This document shows, one piece after another, positions 32,749 through 43,589 of a DNA stretch of 64,000 nt (position 1 is the stretch's first letter; the number at the start of each line of letters is the position of its first letter). The notes under the pieces were generated by a model. It saw only the letters and a program-made list of their open reading frames with translations, had not been told where the DNA came from and made no database searches. A program made the position numbers and the translations under genes. Source of the DNA: Terriglobia bacterium (lineage in GTDB: Bacteria > Acidobacteriota > Terriglobia > 2-12-FULL-54-10); the NCBI GenBank assembly GCA_963666975.2, contig CAXVYR010000004.1:2048001-2112000 (forward strand), read 5' to 3'.

Positions 32749-34059
32749 CTAACTGTCTTTTTTTACTTTTTCATTCTCGCGGATGTAGAAATAGAGGCTG
32801 AACACAACTATCAGGATAAACAACGTGGAGACTGCCAGACCCTTCCGGCGCGACTGGACCTCCGCCAACTTCTCCCTGCCTTGTTCGGTGGCACGGGCCG
32901 CGACTTCGAGCCCCTGGCTGATCTGGCCGGCGACGCGCTCCACATCCAGGCTGTGAATCTCCGTGCGGGCCATGATCCAGTGGCTGTGCGCGGCGGTCAA
33001 CTCGGCGGTGGCTACGCTCACTTCCATTCCCGCGCGGTCGGCCTGTTCCAGCGTTTCCCGCGCGAGCTGTATTTCTCCGCTTAGCTTGACAATCTGGTCC
33101 GCCATCACCTTGGCCCTTTCGGCTCCGCCATCGTCCGGGGCATGGCAGCCGAGGCAGATGCTCTCCGGGCCGGGAGCCAGCATCTGCTCATTGGTCCGCA
33201 GGATGGCATGATTGCTATGGCAGCCGACGCAGCCGGGCACGCCCATGAGGTCAAAGACGGCCTGATGCGGGCTGTTTGCGAACAATTCCTGGTTGTTCGC
33301 GTGGCATGTGCCGCAGACATCCGCAACCGAGCGCACGCCCGGCGGAGTCGCTCCATGACTGCCGTGACAGGTGACGCAGGTGGGCGCGGAGAGATCTTCC
33401 TGGACGGTCAGAGCCTCGTAATGCACGCTCTGCTCGTAGTCGGCCACCTGGGTGTGTCCCGGAAGCTGGTAACTTCCCATGTATTGGTCGTTGCTGTGAC
33501 ACCGGCTGCAGGTCTCGGGGATATTCAACGGGTAGACAGGGGCGGTGGGGTCTGAGACCAGCTTGATGTCATGAACGCTGTGGCAGTCGATGCACGTGGC
33601 CACTTGCTGGTCCCCCTGACGCAGTAGTTGTCCGTGCTGGCTGGTTCTGTACTGGGCCACATGGTCGGTGCGCACCGAGGGATTGAAGTTGTGCATGTAA
33701 GTGGCGTCGCTGTGGCAGCGGCCGCAGAAGGACGGAATCTGCCGGCGCGAGGGTCTTCCCCGGAAGCCTTTCGCAGGATTCATGGCAACCTGCATGTCCA
33801 TGCTGGTGGGGTCTCCCCCGTGGCAAGAGGCGCAGGTCAGTCCCTTCTCGGCATGGATGTCCTCGGAAAACGGTTTGGTGGGAGTGGACAGCCCGCCCCC
33901 CAATCCGGAATGGCAGGTCAGGCAGGTGTTGGTTGCCGCTGGCCTCTCGATCGGCGGTTCGTCCTGTCCCCCTGCGGAAACCGGCAGAAGAACGCAGGCG
34001 AGCAGAAGCAAAGCAGACAGTGTGAACCGAGATGGTTTAATCAGCCACATAAGAAACAA
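32749..34059 (-). CDS. Multiheme cytochrome c (9 CxxCH) with signal peptide and C-terminal anchor
   Basis: CLTCH, CASCH, CGRCH, CIDCH, CSRCH, CVTCH, CGTCH, CVGCH, CLGCH. Confidence 0.9.
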   Translation of the reverse strand: MFLMWLIKPSRFTLSALLLLACVLLPVSAGGQDEPPIERPAATNTCLTCHSGLGGGLSTPTKPFSEDIHAEKGLTCASCHGGDPTSMDMQVAMNPAKGFRGRPSRRQIPSFCGRCHSDATYMHNFNPSVRTDHVAQYRTSQHGQLLRQGDQQVATCIDCHSVHDIKLVSDPTAPVYPLNIPETCSRCHSNDQYMGSYQLPGHTQVADYEQSVHYEALTVQEDLSAPTCVTCHGSHGATPPGVRSVADVCGTCHANNQELFANSPHQAVFDLMGVPGCVGCHSNHAILRTNEQMLAPGPESICLGCHAPDDGGAERAKVMADQIVKLSGEIQLARETLEQADRAGMEVSVATAELTAAHSHWIMARTEIHSLDVERVAGQISQGLEVAARATEQGREKLAEVQSRRKGLAVSTLFILIVVFSLYFYIRENEKVKKDS

Positions 34060-34280
34060 TCGTCATCACCACGATAAAAATTACAGCCCCGATGCCGATC
34101 CACTGGAAGATACGGCTCCCTCGGCCCTGTTGCTGGCTCCGGTCCAGGAAAGGAACCGCCACCCACAACAAACCCGCAAGGGAAAAGGCGAGAATCCCGA
34201 TGACTTCGCCTTCGAAGCTGAAGATTTCAGCCGGGATATATTTCAGCGTTTGAAACATGAACAGGAAATACCATTCGGGA
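34037..34280 (-). pseudogene. Cytochrome b C-terminal stub
   Basis: PEWYFLFMFQTLK and PFLD motifs; no upstream cytochrome b sequence. Confidence 0.75.
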
Positions 34281-34565
34281 CTGCTGGAGGAAGGATGCAA
34301 ACTGGAATTGGAAGCGACGGCTGTACTCTAAATTTGTTCCGCCGTTCCATTGGCCCCAGAAATCCGAAAATTTTTTCTACCGCTCGGAGGGCTCTTCCAT
34401 TACACTTTATAACCTTTTAGATTTAAGGATCGTCCTGAGTGGCGGGAGAGGAATTCGGAGGAAGTTGCTTTCCCCCTATGACGGCCTGCACGGCTCCATC
34501 TGCAGGAAGTGTACGTGGTCATTGCCTGACAACAAATCTTCTATTGTGAAAGGCTGTTCGCAACT

Positions 34566-36632
34566 ATGGAAAACCTGGTTTCTTTGACACCCTACGCAGG
34601 GCTGCTTGGTCTGGGGATCGCCCTCGTCCTGTATCTGCTGATGGTTCGACAGCCGACCGGCACCGACCGGATGCGGGAGATTGCCGACACGATCCATACG
34701 GGAGCGATGGCGTTCTTGAAGCGGGAATACAGCATCCTGGCTCTGTTCGTCCTGCTGGTCGGCGGGCTTCTCGCCTGGAGCCTCAACGTCCAGACGGCGA
34801 TATGCTTTTTCAGCGGGGCCATCTGTTCCGTCCTGGCCGGGGTGATTGGCATGAAGGCAGCGACCAAGGCCAACGTTCGCACGACGGAGGCGGCCCGCTC
34901 CCAGGGAGAAGGCGCGGCTCTGCTGATCTCCTTTGACGGCGGCGCCGTCATGGGGCTTGCCGTGGCCAGCCTCGGGTTGCTGGGGCTGGGTATTTTCTAT
35001 TCGTTTTATGGTGATCCGACCACCTCAACCTATCTGAGCGGATTCGCAATGGGGGCCAGCACCATTGCTTTGTTTGCCCGCGTCGGCGGAGGGATATTCA
35101 CGAAGGCCGCCGACGTCGGCAGCGACCTGGTTGGGAAGGTCGAGGCAGGCATCCCGGAGGATGATCCGCGCAACCCCGGCGTGATCGCCGACAACGTGGG
35201 AGACAATGTGGGCGACGTTGCCGGGATGGGCGCCGATATCTTCGAGTCCTACGTGGGCTCCATCGTGGCCACCATCGCCATTGCGGCTACCCTGGCGGCG
35301 GAGGACGTGGGAATGCTGGCCGAGTCCGGCAGCGGCGGCCTCTCCTCGACCGCTCTCCTGATGGCATTCCCGCTGGTGCTGGCCGGGATCGGCCTGTTTG
35401 CTTCCTTGATCGGAATCGCCGCCATGCGCGTGCTCAAGAATTTTGGGCCCGCCGGCGCGCTGCGCAACTCCACCTTTATGGCAGCGGCTCTTTTCCTGGG
35501 CGGCTCTTATTTTTTGGTGCAAAGTTCCCCGGTCAACACCAACGTCTTCTGGGCGGTCGTTGCCGGAGTCGTCGGAGGGATCTCCATCGGCCTGCTCACC
35601 GAATACTACACTTCCGGCAGCCCGGTCCGGCGAATTGCAGAGGCGTCGCGAACCGGCTCCGCAACGAACATCATCGGGGGGCTGGCTGTCGGGATGCAAA
35701 GCTGCGCCCTCCCGGCCTTGACCATTTGTGCGGTCATATATACCGCCAACCTCACGAGCGGACTCTACGGAATTGGAATCGCTGCGGTGGGCATGCTGGC
35801 GACCGTCGGCATCACCATGAGCGTGGACGCCTACGGACCGGTCGCCGACAACGCCGGCGGCATCTCGGAGATGAGCGGCCTCGGGCCGGAGGTGCGGAAG
35901 ATTACCGACAAGCTCGACTCGCTCGGCAACACCACGGCGGCCATCGGCAAAGGTTTCGCCATCGGCTCGGCGGCGCTCACGGCGTTGGCTCTGTTTTCAG
36001 CCTATACCCAGGCGATTGATTACGTGAGGGGAAACCACAACCTTCCTCCCCTGCAACTGGAAATCACCGACGCCCGTCTGGTGATTGGACTCTTTATCGG
36101 GGGCACATTGCCCTTCCTGATTGCGGCGATGACCATGACCAGCGTCGGCCGCGCGGCGGGCAAGATGGTGGAAGAGATCCGCCGCCAATTCCGGGAGATC
36201 AAAGGCTTGCTCGAAGGCGACCCCAATGCCAAGCCCGATGCCGCCCGCTGCGTGGACATCGCCACCACGGCGGCGCTTCGGGAAATGATCGCGCCGGGAG
36301 TGACGGCGGTGACCGCTCCGCTGCTGGTGGGGTACCTGCTGGGTCCGGAAGCGCTGGGCGGGATGCTGGCCGGGGCCACCGTCACCGGCGTGCTGCTGGC
36401 CTTGATGATGGCCAACGCTGGAGGCGCCTGGGACAACGCCAAGAAGCTGATCGAAAAGGGAGAGCTCGAAGGGGAAAAGAAAGGAACCGAAGCTCACAAG
36501 GCAGCCGTTGTAGGCGATACGGTCGGCGATCCCTTCAAGGACACTTCCGGCCCCTCCATGAACATCCTGATCAAGCTCATGTCGATTGTGTCGCTGGTAA
36601 CGGCTCCGCTGATCGCGCTGGTGGGAAGCTAG
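34566..36632 (+). CDS. hppA: Membrane-integral pyrophosphatase, K+-dependent type
   Basis: [35 protein letters not shown] (Ala = K+-dependent signature), [10 protein letters not shown]. Confidence 0.95.
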   Translation: MENLVSLTPYAGLLGLGIALVLYLLMVRQPTGTDRMREIADTIHTGAMAFLKREYSILALFVLLVGGLLAWSLNVQTAICFFSGAICSVLAGVIGMKAATKANVRTTEAARSQGEGAALLISFDGGAVMGLAVASLGLLGLGIFYSFYGDPTTSTYLSGFAMGASTIALFARVGGGIFTKAADVGSDLVGKVEAGIPEDDPRNPGVIADNVGDNVGDVAGMGADIFESYVGSIVATIAIAATLAAEDVGMLAESGSGGLSSTALLMAFPLVLAGIGLFASLIGIAAMRVLKNFGPAGALRNSTFMAAALFLGGSYFLVQSSPVNTNVFWAVVAGVVGGISIGLLTEYYTSGSPVRRIAEASRTGSATNIIGGLAVGMQSCALPALTICAVIYTANLTSGLYGIGIAAVGMLATVGITMSVDAYGPVADNAGGISEMSGLGPEVRKITDKLDSLGNTTAAIGKGFAIGSAALTALALFSAYTQAIDYVRGNHNLPPLQLEITDARLVIGLFIGGTLPFLIAAMTMTSVGRAAGKMVEEIRRQFREIKGLLEGDPNAKPDAARCVDIATTAALREMIAPGVTAVTAPLLVGYLLGPEALGGMLAGATVTGVLLALMMANAGGAWDNAKKLIEKGELEGEKKGTEAHKAAVVGDTVGDPFKDTSGPSMNILIKLMSIVSLVTAPLIALVGS

Positions 36633-36992
36633 ATTTTCGGAAGCTAAGTTTTCGGAAACTAGGTTTTATGTCAATCCGGGAGGTCTTCACTGGGGACCTC
36701 CCGTTCTTGTCTGTTGCCGAATAACCTAGCGGTCCTGTTAAACTCTCCGTCGCCCTTCTCTGGCCGGTTAAAAAAGCGCCCCGCTAAAATGCATCCGGAA
36801 CTTGTCCGTTTTTTCACTTCTTTTCTGGAACAAGAGCAGTATCCTTGTGGGATAGAATTGTCATGATCCCCGTCAGCAAGAACCGGGAAGGAGCGGCTGG
36901 TTGCGCCCGGAAAAGACAAGAGGAACAAAGTAAACTGTATTCTTGTGCGCTGCTTGGACCGGCCTCAACAGCGCCAAGGGAAAGAAGGCGGC

Positions 36993-37544
36993 ATGAACCG
37001 TAACGTTACTCTTCTGTTGGTGTTGGTCCTCGCCCTTGCGGCGCCACTCGCTGTTCAACTCACGGCTCAACGCACTGTTCAACAGCGCAGCGAAACCGTG
37101 GAGGTGACCGTGGAAGATTTGGTGGCGACCCCGGTCGGCGTCAGCATCACCCTGCGCGCTCCGGATTCCTCGGACCGCATTCGCATGCTCATCGGCGTTT
37201 CCGAGGGCCGCTCTATTGCGCGGGCCATGCGCGGCCGGAAATCGTCGCGTCCGATGACTCACGACTTGTTCAAAGAGTTTCTGGATCGCAACGGCTGGAA
37301 GGTTCAAAAAGTTTTGATCCGCGACTTGGCATTGGGCACCTTCCTGGCCGACCTGACCTTGGAAAAGGACCGCGAGACGCAGGTCTATGACGCGCGGCCA
37401 AGCGACGCCATGGCCATTGCGCTCCGCTACGGCGCGAAGATCTACGTCAGTAAACACGTCTTCAAGCAGCAACGGGAAGATGAGGAGCGGCAAGAAAAGC
37501 GCGTGAAACCGGATGCTTCCGAACCGGAGACCTTGAGACTATAA
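36993..37544 (+). CDS. Bifunctional nuclease (DUF151/BFN) domain protein with N-terminal signal peptide
   Basis: RPMTHDL and DARPSDAMAIAL motifs. Confidence 0.85.
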   Translation: MNRNVTLLLVLVLALAAPLAVQLTAQRTVQQRSETVEVTVEDLVATPVGVSITLRAPDSSDRIRMLIGVSEGRSIARAMRGRKSSRPMTHDLFKEFLDRNGWKVQKVLIRDLALGTFLADLTLEKDRETQVYDARPSDAMAIALRYGAKIYVSKHVFKQQREDEERQEKRVKPDASEPETLRL

Positions 37545-37613
37545 GCAGCCTTTTGCCTTGCCGGAGCGGTTCTTCTGAACTCTATCTCCCGAATCCCTCT
37601 TCCTAGTAGAAAA

Positions 37614-38483
37614 TTAAGTCTCGCCGCGTTTCTGCCGCAACAAATCCCCGGCTTTTTTAGCGGCATCGTAGACAAGCTGGCCCATCTTGGGAGGAGACGG
37701 CTCGAAGTCCGCTTGAATCCCGTACTCCAGCAAAGCCTCGCTCGTAACCGGTCCGATGGAGGCCACCACGGAGCGATCCAGGCCCCGGCGCACTTGGTCT
37801 TCGGCGCTGCTCCGGGAAGCCACCTGCATCAGGTTGCGAATCTGCTGGGCGCTGGTCACCAGCAGCACGTCGATCTTTCCGCCGGCAATCTCGCCGATGG
37901 CGCGTTCCAGCGGCGCTGTGTCTTCCGGAAGCGCCCACTGGTAGACGGGCACCTGGCGCACCTCGGCTCCGCGCGCCTCCAGACCCTCAACCAATTCATG
38001 GTTCGGCACCCCGTACTCCTGCATGGCGATGCGCTTTCCAGCAAGCGGGATGGGTGGCTGGTACGTGTCGAGAGTTTTCAAGATGTCGCGCCAAGTGTTC
38101 GGTTCCGGAACCAGGATTGTAATAGGGACTCCAACCTCGCGGAGCACCGCCGTAGGCTTGGGTCCACGGGCGACCACGACAACCCGGGAAAGAGCCTCCA
38201 CCAGTTTCTCGCGGGGATATTTCGTTTCCACAGCGCCGAACAGAATCCGTGTGCCGACTCCTGTGAGAAAGATCACCACATCCAGCTTCCCTGCGAAAAG
38301 CTCTTCGGCGAAGGCCAGAGCATCGGGGTTTTCTTTCAGAGGAATCTCGCGCATGGAGGGCGCGCTGACGGCCACGCCCCCGTGGTTCACAATCAATTGA
38401 GCCATCTGCCCGGCCCGGCGGCTCTCCAGCGAGAGTACTCGAAGCCCCTCGAGGCCCCTTTTTACCTGCTCAGCATCAGTCAC
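37614..38483 (-). CDS. hemD: Uroporphyrinogen-III synthase
   Basis: LESRRA, FLTGVG, ARGPKP, VYQWALP, ASIGPVTSEAL; divergent from hemE. Confidence 0.9.
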   Translation of the reverse strand: MTDAEQVKRGLEGLRVLSLESRRAGQMAQLIVNHGGVAVSAPSMREIPLKENPDALAFAEELFAGKLDVVIFLTGVGTRILFGAVETKYPREKLVEALSRVVVVARGPKPTAVLREVGVPITILVPEPNTWRDILKTLDTYQPPIPLAGKRIAMQEYGVPNHELVEGLEARGAEVRQVPVYQWALPEDTAPLERAIGEIAGGKIDVLLVTSAQQIRNLMQVASRSSAEDQVRRGLDRSVVASIGPVTSEALLEYGIQADFEPSPPKMGQLVYDAAKKAGDLLRQKRGET

Positions 38484-38679
38484 AACAATCCATCCTTATA
38501 AAAACTCCGTAATGCCCCGCCGGATTCGGTCCGGCGCCGGCTCCCATTCTACAACTGACGGCGCTCCGTCGAGCGAAGCTTCTCCTTCCGGCGTCTTTGC
38601 CGAAAAGTCCGATGCGCGAGGCTGCCCGTGCTAGGATTATTAGCGCGGAAAAACTGCGGATTGTTGGAAAAGGGTTGGT

Positions 38680-39729
38680 ATGGATCAATCGGATTTGTTT
38701 CTAAAAGCCTGCCGCCGCCAGCCGGTGCCGCGCACGCCGGTCTGGTTCATGCGCCAGGCGGGCCGGTATATGAAGGAGTATCGCGAGTTGCGCGCCCGCC
38801 ACTCCCTGTTGGAGTTGTGTCAGACACCGGAACTCGCCGCCCAAGTCACGCTCCAGCCGATTGAGAAGCTCGGCGTGGACGCGGCCATCATCTTTGCAGA
38901 CTTACTGCTGCCCGCGCAGGCCATGGGAATGAAGCTGGAGTTTGTGGAGGGCGAAGGCCCGGTGCTCTCCGAGGCCGTGCGCACAGCGGAAGCGGTTCGC
39001 AAATTGAGAAAGGTGAAAGACGGCGAACTTTCCTACGTGGCCGATACCATCCGCATCGTGCGCCGGGAATTGAACGGGAAGGTGCCTGTGATCGGATTCT
39101 CGGGCGCGCCCTTTACCGTGGCCAGCTACATGATCGAAGGCGGGGCGAGCCGAAATTTTGTCATGACCAAACAAATGATGTACCAGCAGCCGAAAATCTG
39201 GCATGAATTGATGGGCAAGCTGGTTGAGGTTCTGAGCGATTTTTTGCGGAGCCAGGCGGATGCCGGAGCCGATGCGCTGCAAATTTTCGACAGCTGGGTG
39301 GGCTGCCTCTGTCCGGAAGACTATCGCCTCTATGTGCTGCCGCATTCGCAACAGCTCCTTCGCAACGCAACGTCCTCCTCCCAGAAGACTCCCCTCATCC
39401 ACTTTGGCACCGGGACCGCAACCCTGCTGGAGCTGATGCGGGAAGCCGGGGGCGACGTTATCGGAGCCGACTGGCGCATCGGCTTACAAGACGCATGGCA
39501 ACGGGTGGGCCACGACGTCGCCATGCAAGGCAATCTGGACCCGGTGGTCTTGTTTGGTCCTCTGGAAAAGATTCGCGAGCAGGTGGAAAACATTCTGCGG
39601 GCCGCGGAAGGCCGTCCGGGCCATATTTTCAACCTCGGCCATGGAATTCTGCCGGAAACGCCGGTCGAGAACGTCCAGGCGGTTGTCGAGATGGTTCATC
39701 AGTTCCCCACCGGCGCTGCCAAAACTTGA
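38680..39729 (+). CDS. hemE: Uroporphyrinogen decarboxylase
   Basis: PVWFMRQAGRY, QIFDSW, QGNLDP, FNLGHGI. Confidence 0.98.
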   Translation: MDQSDLFLKACRRQPVPRTPVWFMRQAGRYMKEYRELRARHSLLELCQTPELAAQVTLQPIEKLGVDAAIIFADLLLPAQAMGMKLEFVEGEGPVLSEAVRTAEAVRKLRKVKDGELSYVADTIRIVRRELNGKVPVIGFSGAPFTVASYMIEGGASRNFVMTKQMMYQQPKIWHELMGKLVEVLSDFLRSQADAGADALQIFDSWVGCLCPEDYRLYVLPHSQQLLRNATSSSQKTPLIHFGTGTATLLELMREAGGDVIGADWRIGLQDAWQRVGHDVAMQGNLDPVVLFGPLEKIREQVENILRAAEGRPGHIFNLGHGILPETPVENVQAVVEMVHQFPTGAAKT

Positions 39730-39746
39730 GCAAGCCATAACGAACG

Positions 39747-40721
39747 ATGTCTCAAAATCCCGTGTCTCCGAATCAGGCGCTTCAGCAACCTGCCGAACCG
39801 TTCACCGGAGTCCTGCTGCTCGCTCACGGCGGTCCGGACTCTATCGAAGACATTGAGCCTTTCCTTGCGAACATCCGCGGAGGAAAACCCTTCCCGCCCA
39901 AACTGCTGGAAGAGATCAAGCGCCGTTACCGGCTGATCGGAAGCCGGTCTCCTCTGCTGGAGCTTTCGCGCCGCCAGGCCGCAGCTCTCGAAAAAGAGCT
40001 GAACGCAACCGGAAAGCGCTTCCGTGTCTATCTGGGCATGCGAAACTGGCACCCCTTCATCCGGCAAACGATGGAAGAAATCGCCGCCGACGGGCTAAAT
40101 CATCTGCTGGCGATGTGCCTGGCCCCGCAGAATTCAAAGATGAGCGTGGGACTCTATTTTAAGCGCGTGAGGGAAGCGCAAGAAGAAGTAGGGGTCAAGA
40201 TACCCGCCACGTTTGTGGAAAGCTGGCACCGGGAACCGCTGCTGCTCGATGCGTTCGCGGAGAAGCTCCACAAAGCCCTGGCAGCGTTCCCCTCTGTGGA
40301 AGCGGAGGACGGGCCGCCTCTTGTGATCTTCACGGCTCACAGTTTGCCGGAGAAGGTGCTGGCGGAAGGCGACCCCTATGACCGCGAAACCAAGGAGACC
40401 GCCGCCGCCGTGGCGGAGCAGGCGGGTCTCACAAACTGGCTGTTTGCCTACCAGAGCCAAGGAGCCACCGCCGATCCGTGGCTGGGCCCCACCGTGGAGT
40501 CCACCCTCGAGCGGCTTGCCGCCGAGGGGCGGAAGCGCGTGCTGATTGCTCCCATCGGTTTTGTCTCCGACCATGTGGAAATCCTGTACGACATCGACAT
40601 CGGCTTCCGGCAATTTGCGGAAGAGCGCGGAATCGACCTGCGCCGCATCGAATCGCTGAACGACAGCCCGGCATTTATTCGGGCCATGGCCTCGGTGGTG
40701 CAAAAGCATTGGAAGGAATAG
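39747..40721 (+). CDS. hemH: Ferrochelatase
   Basis: GMRNWHP, FTAHSLP, YQS..WLGP, GFVSDHVEILYDID. Confidence 0.96.
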   Translation: MSQNPVSPNQALQQPAEPFTGVLLLAHGGPDSIEDIEPFLANIRGGKPFPPKLLEEIKRRYRLIGSRSPLLELSRRQAAALEKELNATGKRFRVYLGMRNWHPFIRQTMEEIAADGLNHLLAMCLAPQNSKMSVGLYFKRVREAQEEVGVKIPATFVESWHREPLLLDAFAEKLHKALAAFPSVEAEDGPPLVIFTAHSLPEKVLAEGDPYDRETKETAAAVAEQAGLTNWLFAYQSQGATADPWLGPTVESTLERLAAEGRKRVLIAPIGFVSDHVEILYDIDIGFRQFAEERGIDLRRIESLNDSPAFIRAMASVVQKHWKE

Positions 40722-40725
40722 CCGC

Positions 40726-42144
40726 TTGCAATCAGTCGCCATCATCGGAGGAGGAATCTCCGGTTTATCGGCAGCCTATTTTCTGGAGAAGCACGCGAAA
40801 GAAGCGGGAGCGGATATCTCCATCCACTTGATCGAAAGCCGCCCGCGACTGGGAGGCGTCATCGTCACGGAGCGCTCCGGCGGTTTCGTCCTGGAAGGCG
40901 GCCCGGACTCCTTTTTCACGCAAAAACCGGCGGCGATCGAACTCTGCCAGGCGCTGGGCTTGGCGGACCAGTTGATTCCGAGTAACGACCACCGCAGAAA
41001 AACCTATGTCCTGCAGCACGGAAAACTGGAGGAGCTGCCGGAAGGGATGTTCTTTCTGGTGCCCGCCAAAGTTTTGCCCGTTTTCCGCAGCAGGCTGCTC
41101 TCGGTGACGGGCAAGCTCCGCCTGATGCTCGAACCCATTCAGTCCCGGCTGGGCGGACAGGAAGATTTCTCCGTTTCAGATTTCGTATCGCACAGGCTCG
41201 GACGCCAAGTGCTGGAGCGCATTGCCGAGCCGCTGCTCTCCGCCGTTTACGGGGCCAACGTGGATTCGCTCAGCGCGCGCGCGGTGCTGCCGCAATTGCT
41301 GGCCTTGGAAGAGAAGCACGGAAGCCTCTGGAGAGGAATCCGGCAGGCGCGCCGCGCGCAAGCCCAGCGACAAACATCTGGTTCGCCGGGCAGCCTGTTC
41401 ATGAGTCTCCGCAACGGCATCGGCGACATCATTCAAAGCCTGCAAACAAGCCTGACCAAAACCCGGGTGACGACGGAGAGAAAAGTTGAGAAAGTATTGC
41501 GAGACAACCCAGACTCCGCATTCCGTCTGCTGTGCCCGGATGGGGAACTGCAAGCCGAGGCTCTGATCCTGGCGACTCCCGCACATGCGGCCGGAAAGAT
41601 GCTCCACGAGATGGACGGCCGGCTGGCGGGAAAGCTCGAAGAGATTCCCTATCACTCCACCGTCACCGTGTCGCTCGGCTTTGACGAAAGGAAGTTCGGG
41701 CGGACGCTCGATGGATTCGGCTTTATTGTCCCGCGGGGCGAGGGGAAAAAGCTGATCGCCTGCACCTGGGTCTCCACCAAGTTTTCCTTTCGATGCCCGC
41801 CGGGACAGGTTCTGTTGCGCGGTTTCCTGGGAGGAGCCAGAGACCCTTCCGCCATTACGGAATCAGACGACCGGATCATCGAGACGACGCTTCGGGAAAT
41901 ATATGAGATCATGGGCGTGCGGGCCGAACCGCTTTTCACCCGCATTCACCGCTGGGAGAAATCCATGCCGCAATACAGCGTCGGACATCCACGACGGCTG
42001 GAAGAGATCGGAACGCTTGTATCCCGACATCCCGGGCTATTCCTGTCCGGCAACGGCTACCGGGGCATTGGCATGCCGGATTGTATTGCCTCCTCCTCGA
42101 CGGCGGCCTCGGCTGCCGTCCACTACCTCCAGTCGCTTCGGTGA
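40726..42144 (+). CDS. hemY: Proto/coproporphyrinogen oxidase (HemY type)
   Basis: IIGGGISGLSAA, EGGPDSF, MPQYSVGH, GIGMPDCI. Confidence 0.95.
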   Translation: MQSVAIIGGGISGLSAAYFLEKHAKEAGADISIHLIESRPRLGGVIVTERSGGFVLEGGPDSFFTQKPAAIELCQALGLADQLIPSNDHRRKTYVLQHGKLEELPEGMFFLVPAKVLPVFRSRLLSVTGKLRLMLEPIQSRLGGQEDFSVSDFVSHRLGRQVLERIAEPLLSAVYGANVDSLSARAVLPQLLALEEKHGSLWRGIRQARRAQAQRQTSGSPGSLFMSLRNGIGDIIQSLQTSLTKTRVTTERKVEKVLRDNPDSAFRLLCPDGELQAEALILATPAHAAGKMLHEMDGRLAGKLEEIPYHSTVTVSLGFDERKFGRTLDGFGFIVPRGEGKKLIACTWVSTKFSFRCPPGQVLLRGFLGGARDPSAITESDDRIIETTLREIYEIMGVRAEPLFTRIHRWEKSMPQYSVGHPRRLEEIGTLVSRHPGLFLSGNGYRGIGMPDCIASSSTAASAAVHYLQSLR

Positions 42145-42232
42145 AGAGGCTGCCGGCGATCCAGGAGACTTCCATTCCCTATGGGAGCGCGGCGGAACTC
42201 TTTGAGACGTCTGTCCCCGTCCGAATTGGTAG

Positions 42233-42419
42233 TGGGTCAGTTTCCGTTAGGCACAGCGTCACGCGATTTGTCAGGGCACGGTTTTAACCGTGCCGTTAGA
42301 TGGCCGTTTCCAGAAGGGCTTTAGCCCCTGAGGGAAATCAACCTCAGCGGCTAAAGCCGCTCTTCGGCACCTCGTTATCGGCACGGTTAAAACCGTGCCC
42401 TGACGTTGAAACTGACCCA
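42233..42419. repeat. REP/BIME-like or MITE-like nested inverted repeat
   Basis: Outer tgggtcagtttc/gaaactgaccca; perfect 26-bp inverted repeat 42270-42295 vs 42379-42404; inner ggctttagcc..ggctaaagcc. Confidence 0.8.
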
Positions 42420-42514
42420 TCACCTCCGAATTCGCTGGCTTCCCCGACTGCAGGGCGTACAATGGTTTGGATCGGTTTATTCCATGAATTTTGGATAACA
42501 AGAAGGAGGCTACG

Positions 42515-43351
42515 ATGGCTGAGGAATTTGGCGACTTCAAACTTCCGCCAGGGATAGGGAAATGGATAGTTGTTGGTGCGATCGTACTTGTCGGACTCTT
42601 TGTGCTGGGGGGAGTCTTCGGAACGGTCGGCGCTGGACAACGGGGCGTCTTGCTGCAGTTTGGGGCCGTGACCGATACGATCCACGATGAAGGTCTCTAT
42701 TACAAGATTCCTTTTGTGCACGAGGTGGTTCTGATGTCCACCCAGATTCAGAAATACACCGCCCCGGCCACCTCTTCCAGCAAGGACTTGCAGGTGGTCT
42801 CCACGGAAGTCACCTTGAACTACCAGTTGGATTCTAACCAAGTGGGAGAAATTTATCGCAACATGCGACAGAATTATGAAAACACGGTCATCCAGCCGTT
42901 CATCCAGGAAGTGGTCAAATCGACCACGGCCAACTACGACGCCGAGCAGTTGATCACACAGAGGCCGCTGGTGAAAGACGCACTCCAAGCATCGCTGACG
43001 GAAAGGTTAGTTCCACTTGGGGTCAACGTTGTGGAACTCTCCATTACGGACTTTCAGTTCTCGCCGGCCTTCCAGGACTCCATCGAGGCCAAGGTGAGAG
43101 CGGTCCAGGCAGCCCTGGAGGCACAGAACGCCTTGGAGCGCGTGAAGTTTGAGTCGGAACAGGCCATCACCAGGGCCACAGCCGAAGCCCGAGGGCTGGA
43201 ACTCCAAAAAGAGCAGATAACGGATCAGTTGCTGGAGTTGCGGAAAATCGAGGTGCAAAGAACGGCGGTGGAGAAGTGGAACGGAGTGATGCCTTCCGTG
43301 GTCACCAGCGGCGGCCCGGTTCCCATTCTGGACATATTCAGCTCGCGGTAA
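42515..43351 (+). CDS. SPFH/prohibitin-family protein
   Basis: TM, GQRGVLLQFG, SSKDLQVV, SIEAKV, EKWNG. Confidence 0.9.
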   Translation: MAEEFGDFKLPPGIGKWIVVGAIVLVGLFVLGGVFGTVGAGQRGVLLQFGAVTDTIHDEGLYYKIPFVHEVVLMSTQIQKYTAPATSSSKDLQVVSTEVTLNYQLDSNQVGEIYRNMRQNYENTVIQPFIQEVVKSTTANYDAEQLITQRPLVKDALQASLTERLVPLGVNVVELSITDFQFSPAFQDSIEAKVRAVQAALEAQNALERVKFESEQAITRATAEARGLELQKEQITDQLLELRKIEVQRTAVEKWNGVMPSVVTSGGPVPILDIFSSR

Positions 43352-43589
43352 AGCAACGGCTGTTCGTCCCGCCTCCGCACGAAGGAGTCCTGCGCCAAAG
43401 CGCCTTGTTGACTGGCGGCTAATTGCCTCCCTTGCCCGCCAAAAGGGCTTCGGTGGCCGCCGGTTTCGTAGCACCATTTTCGATGCATCATCATCATTGC
43501 AGGCGCCTGGGGAAAAGATTGCAGATAAGAATGACAAATCCGTATTCTGAACGGCTTTACTTTTTTGCTTTTTTGGGGAAGAAGGGTTC

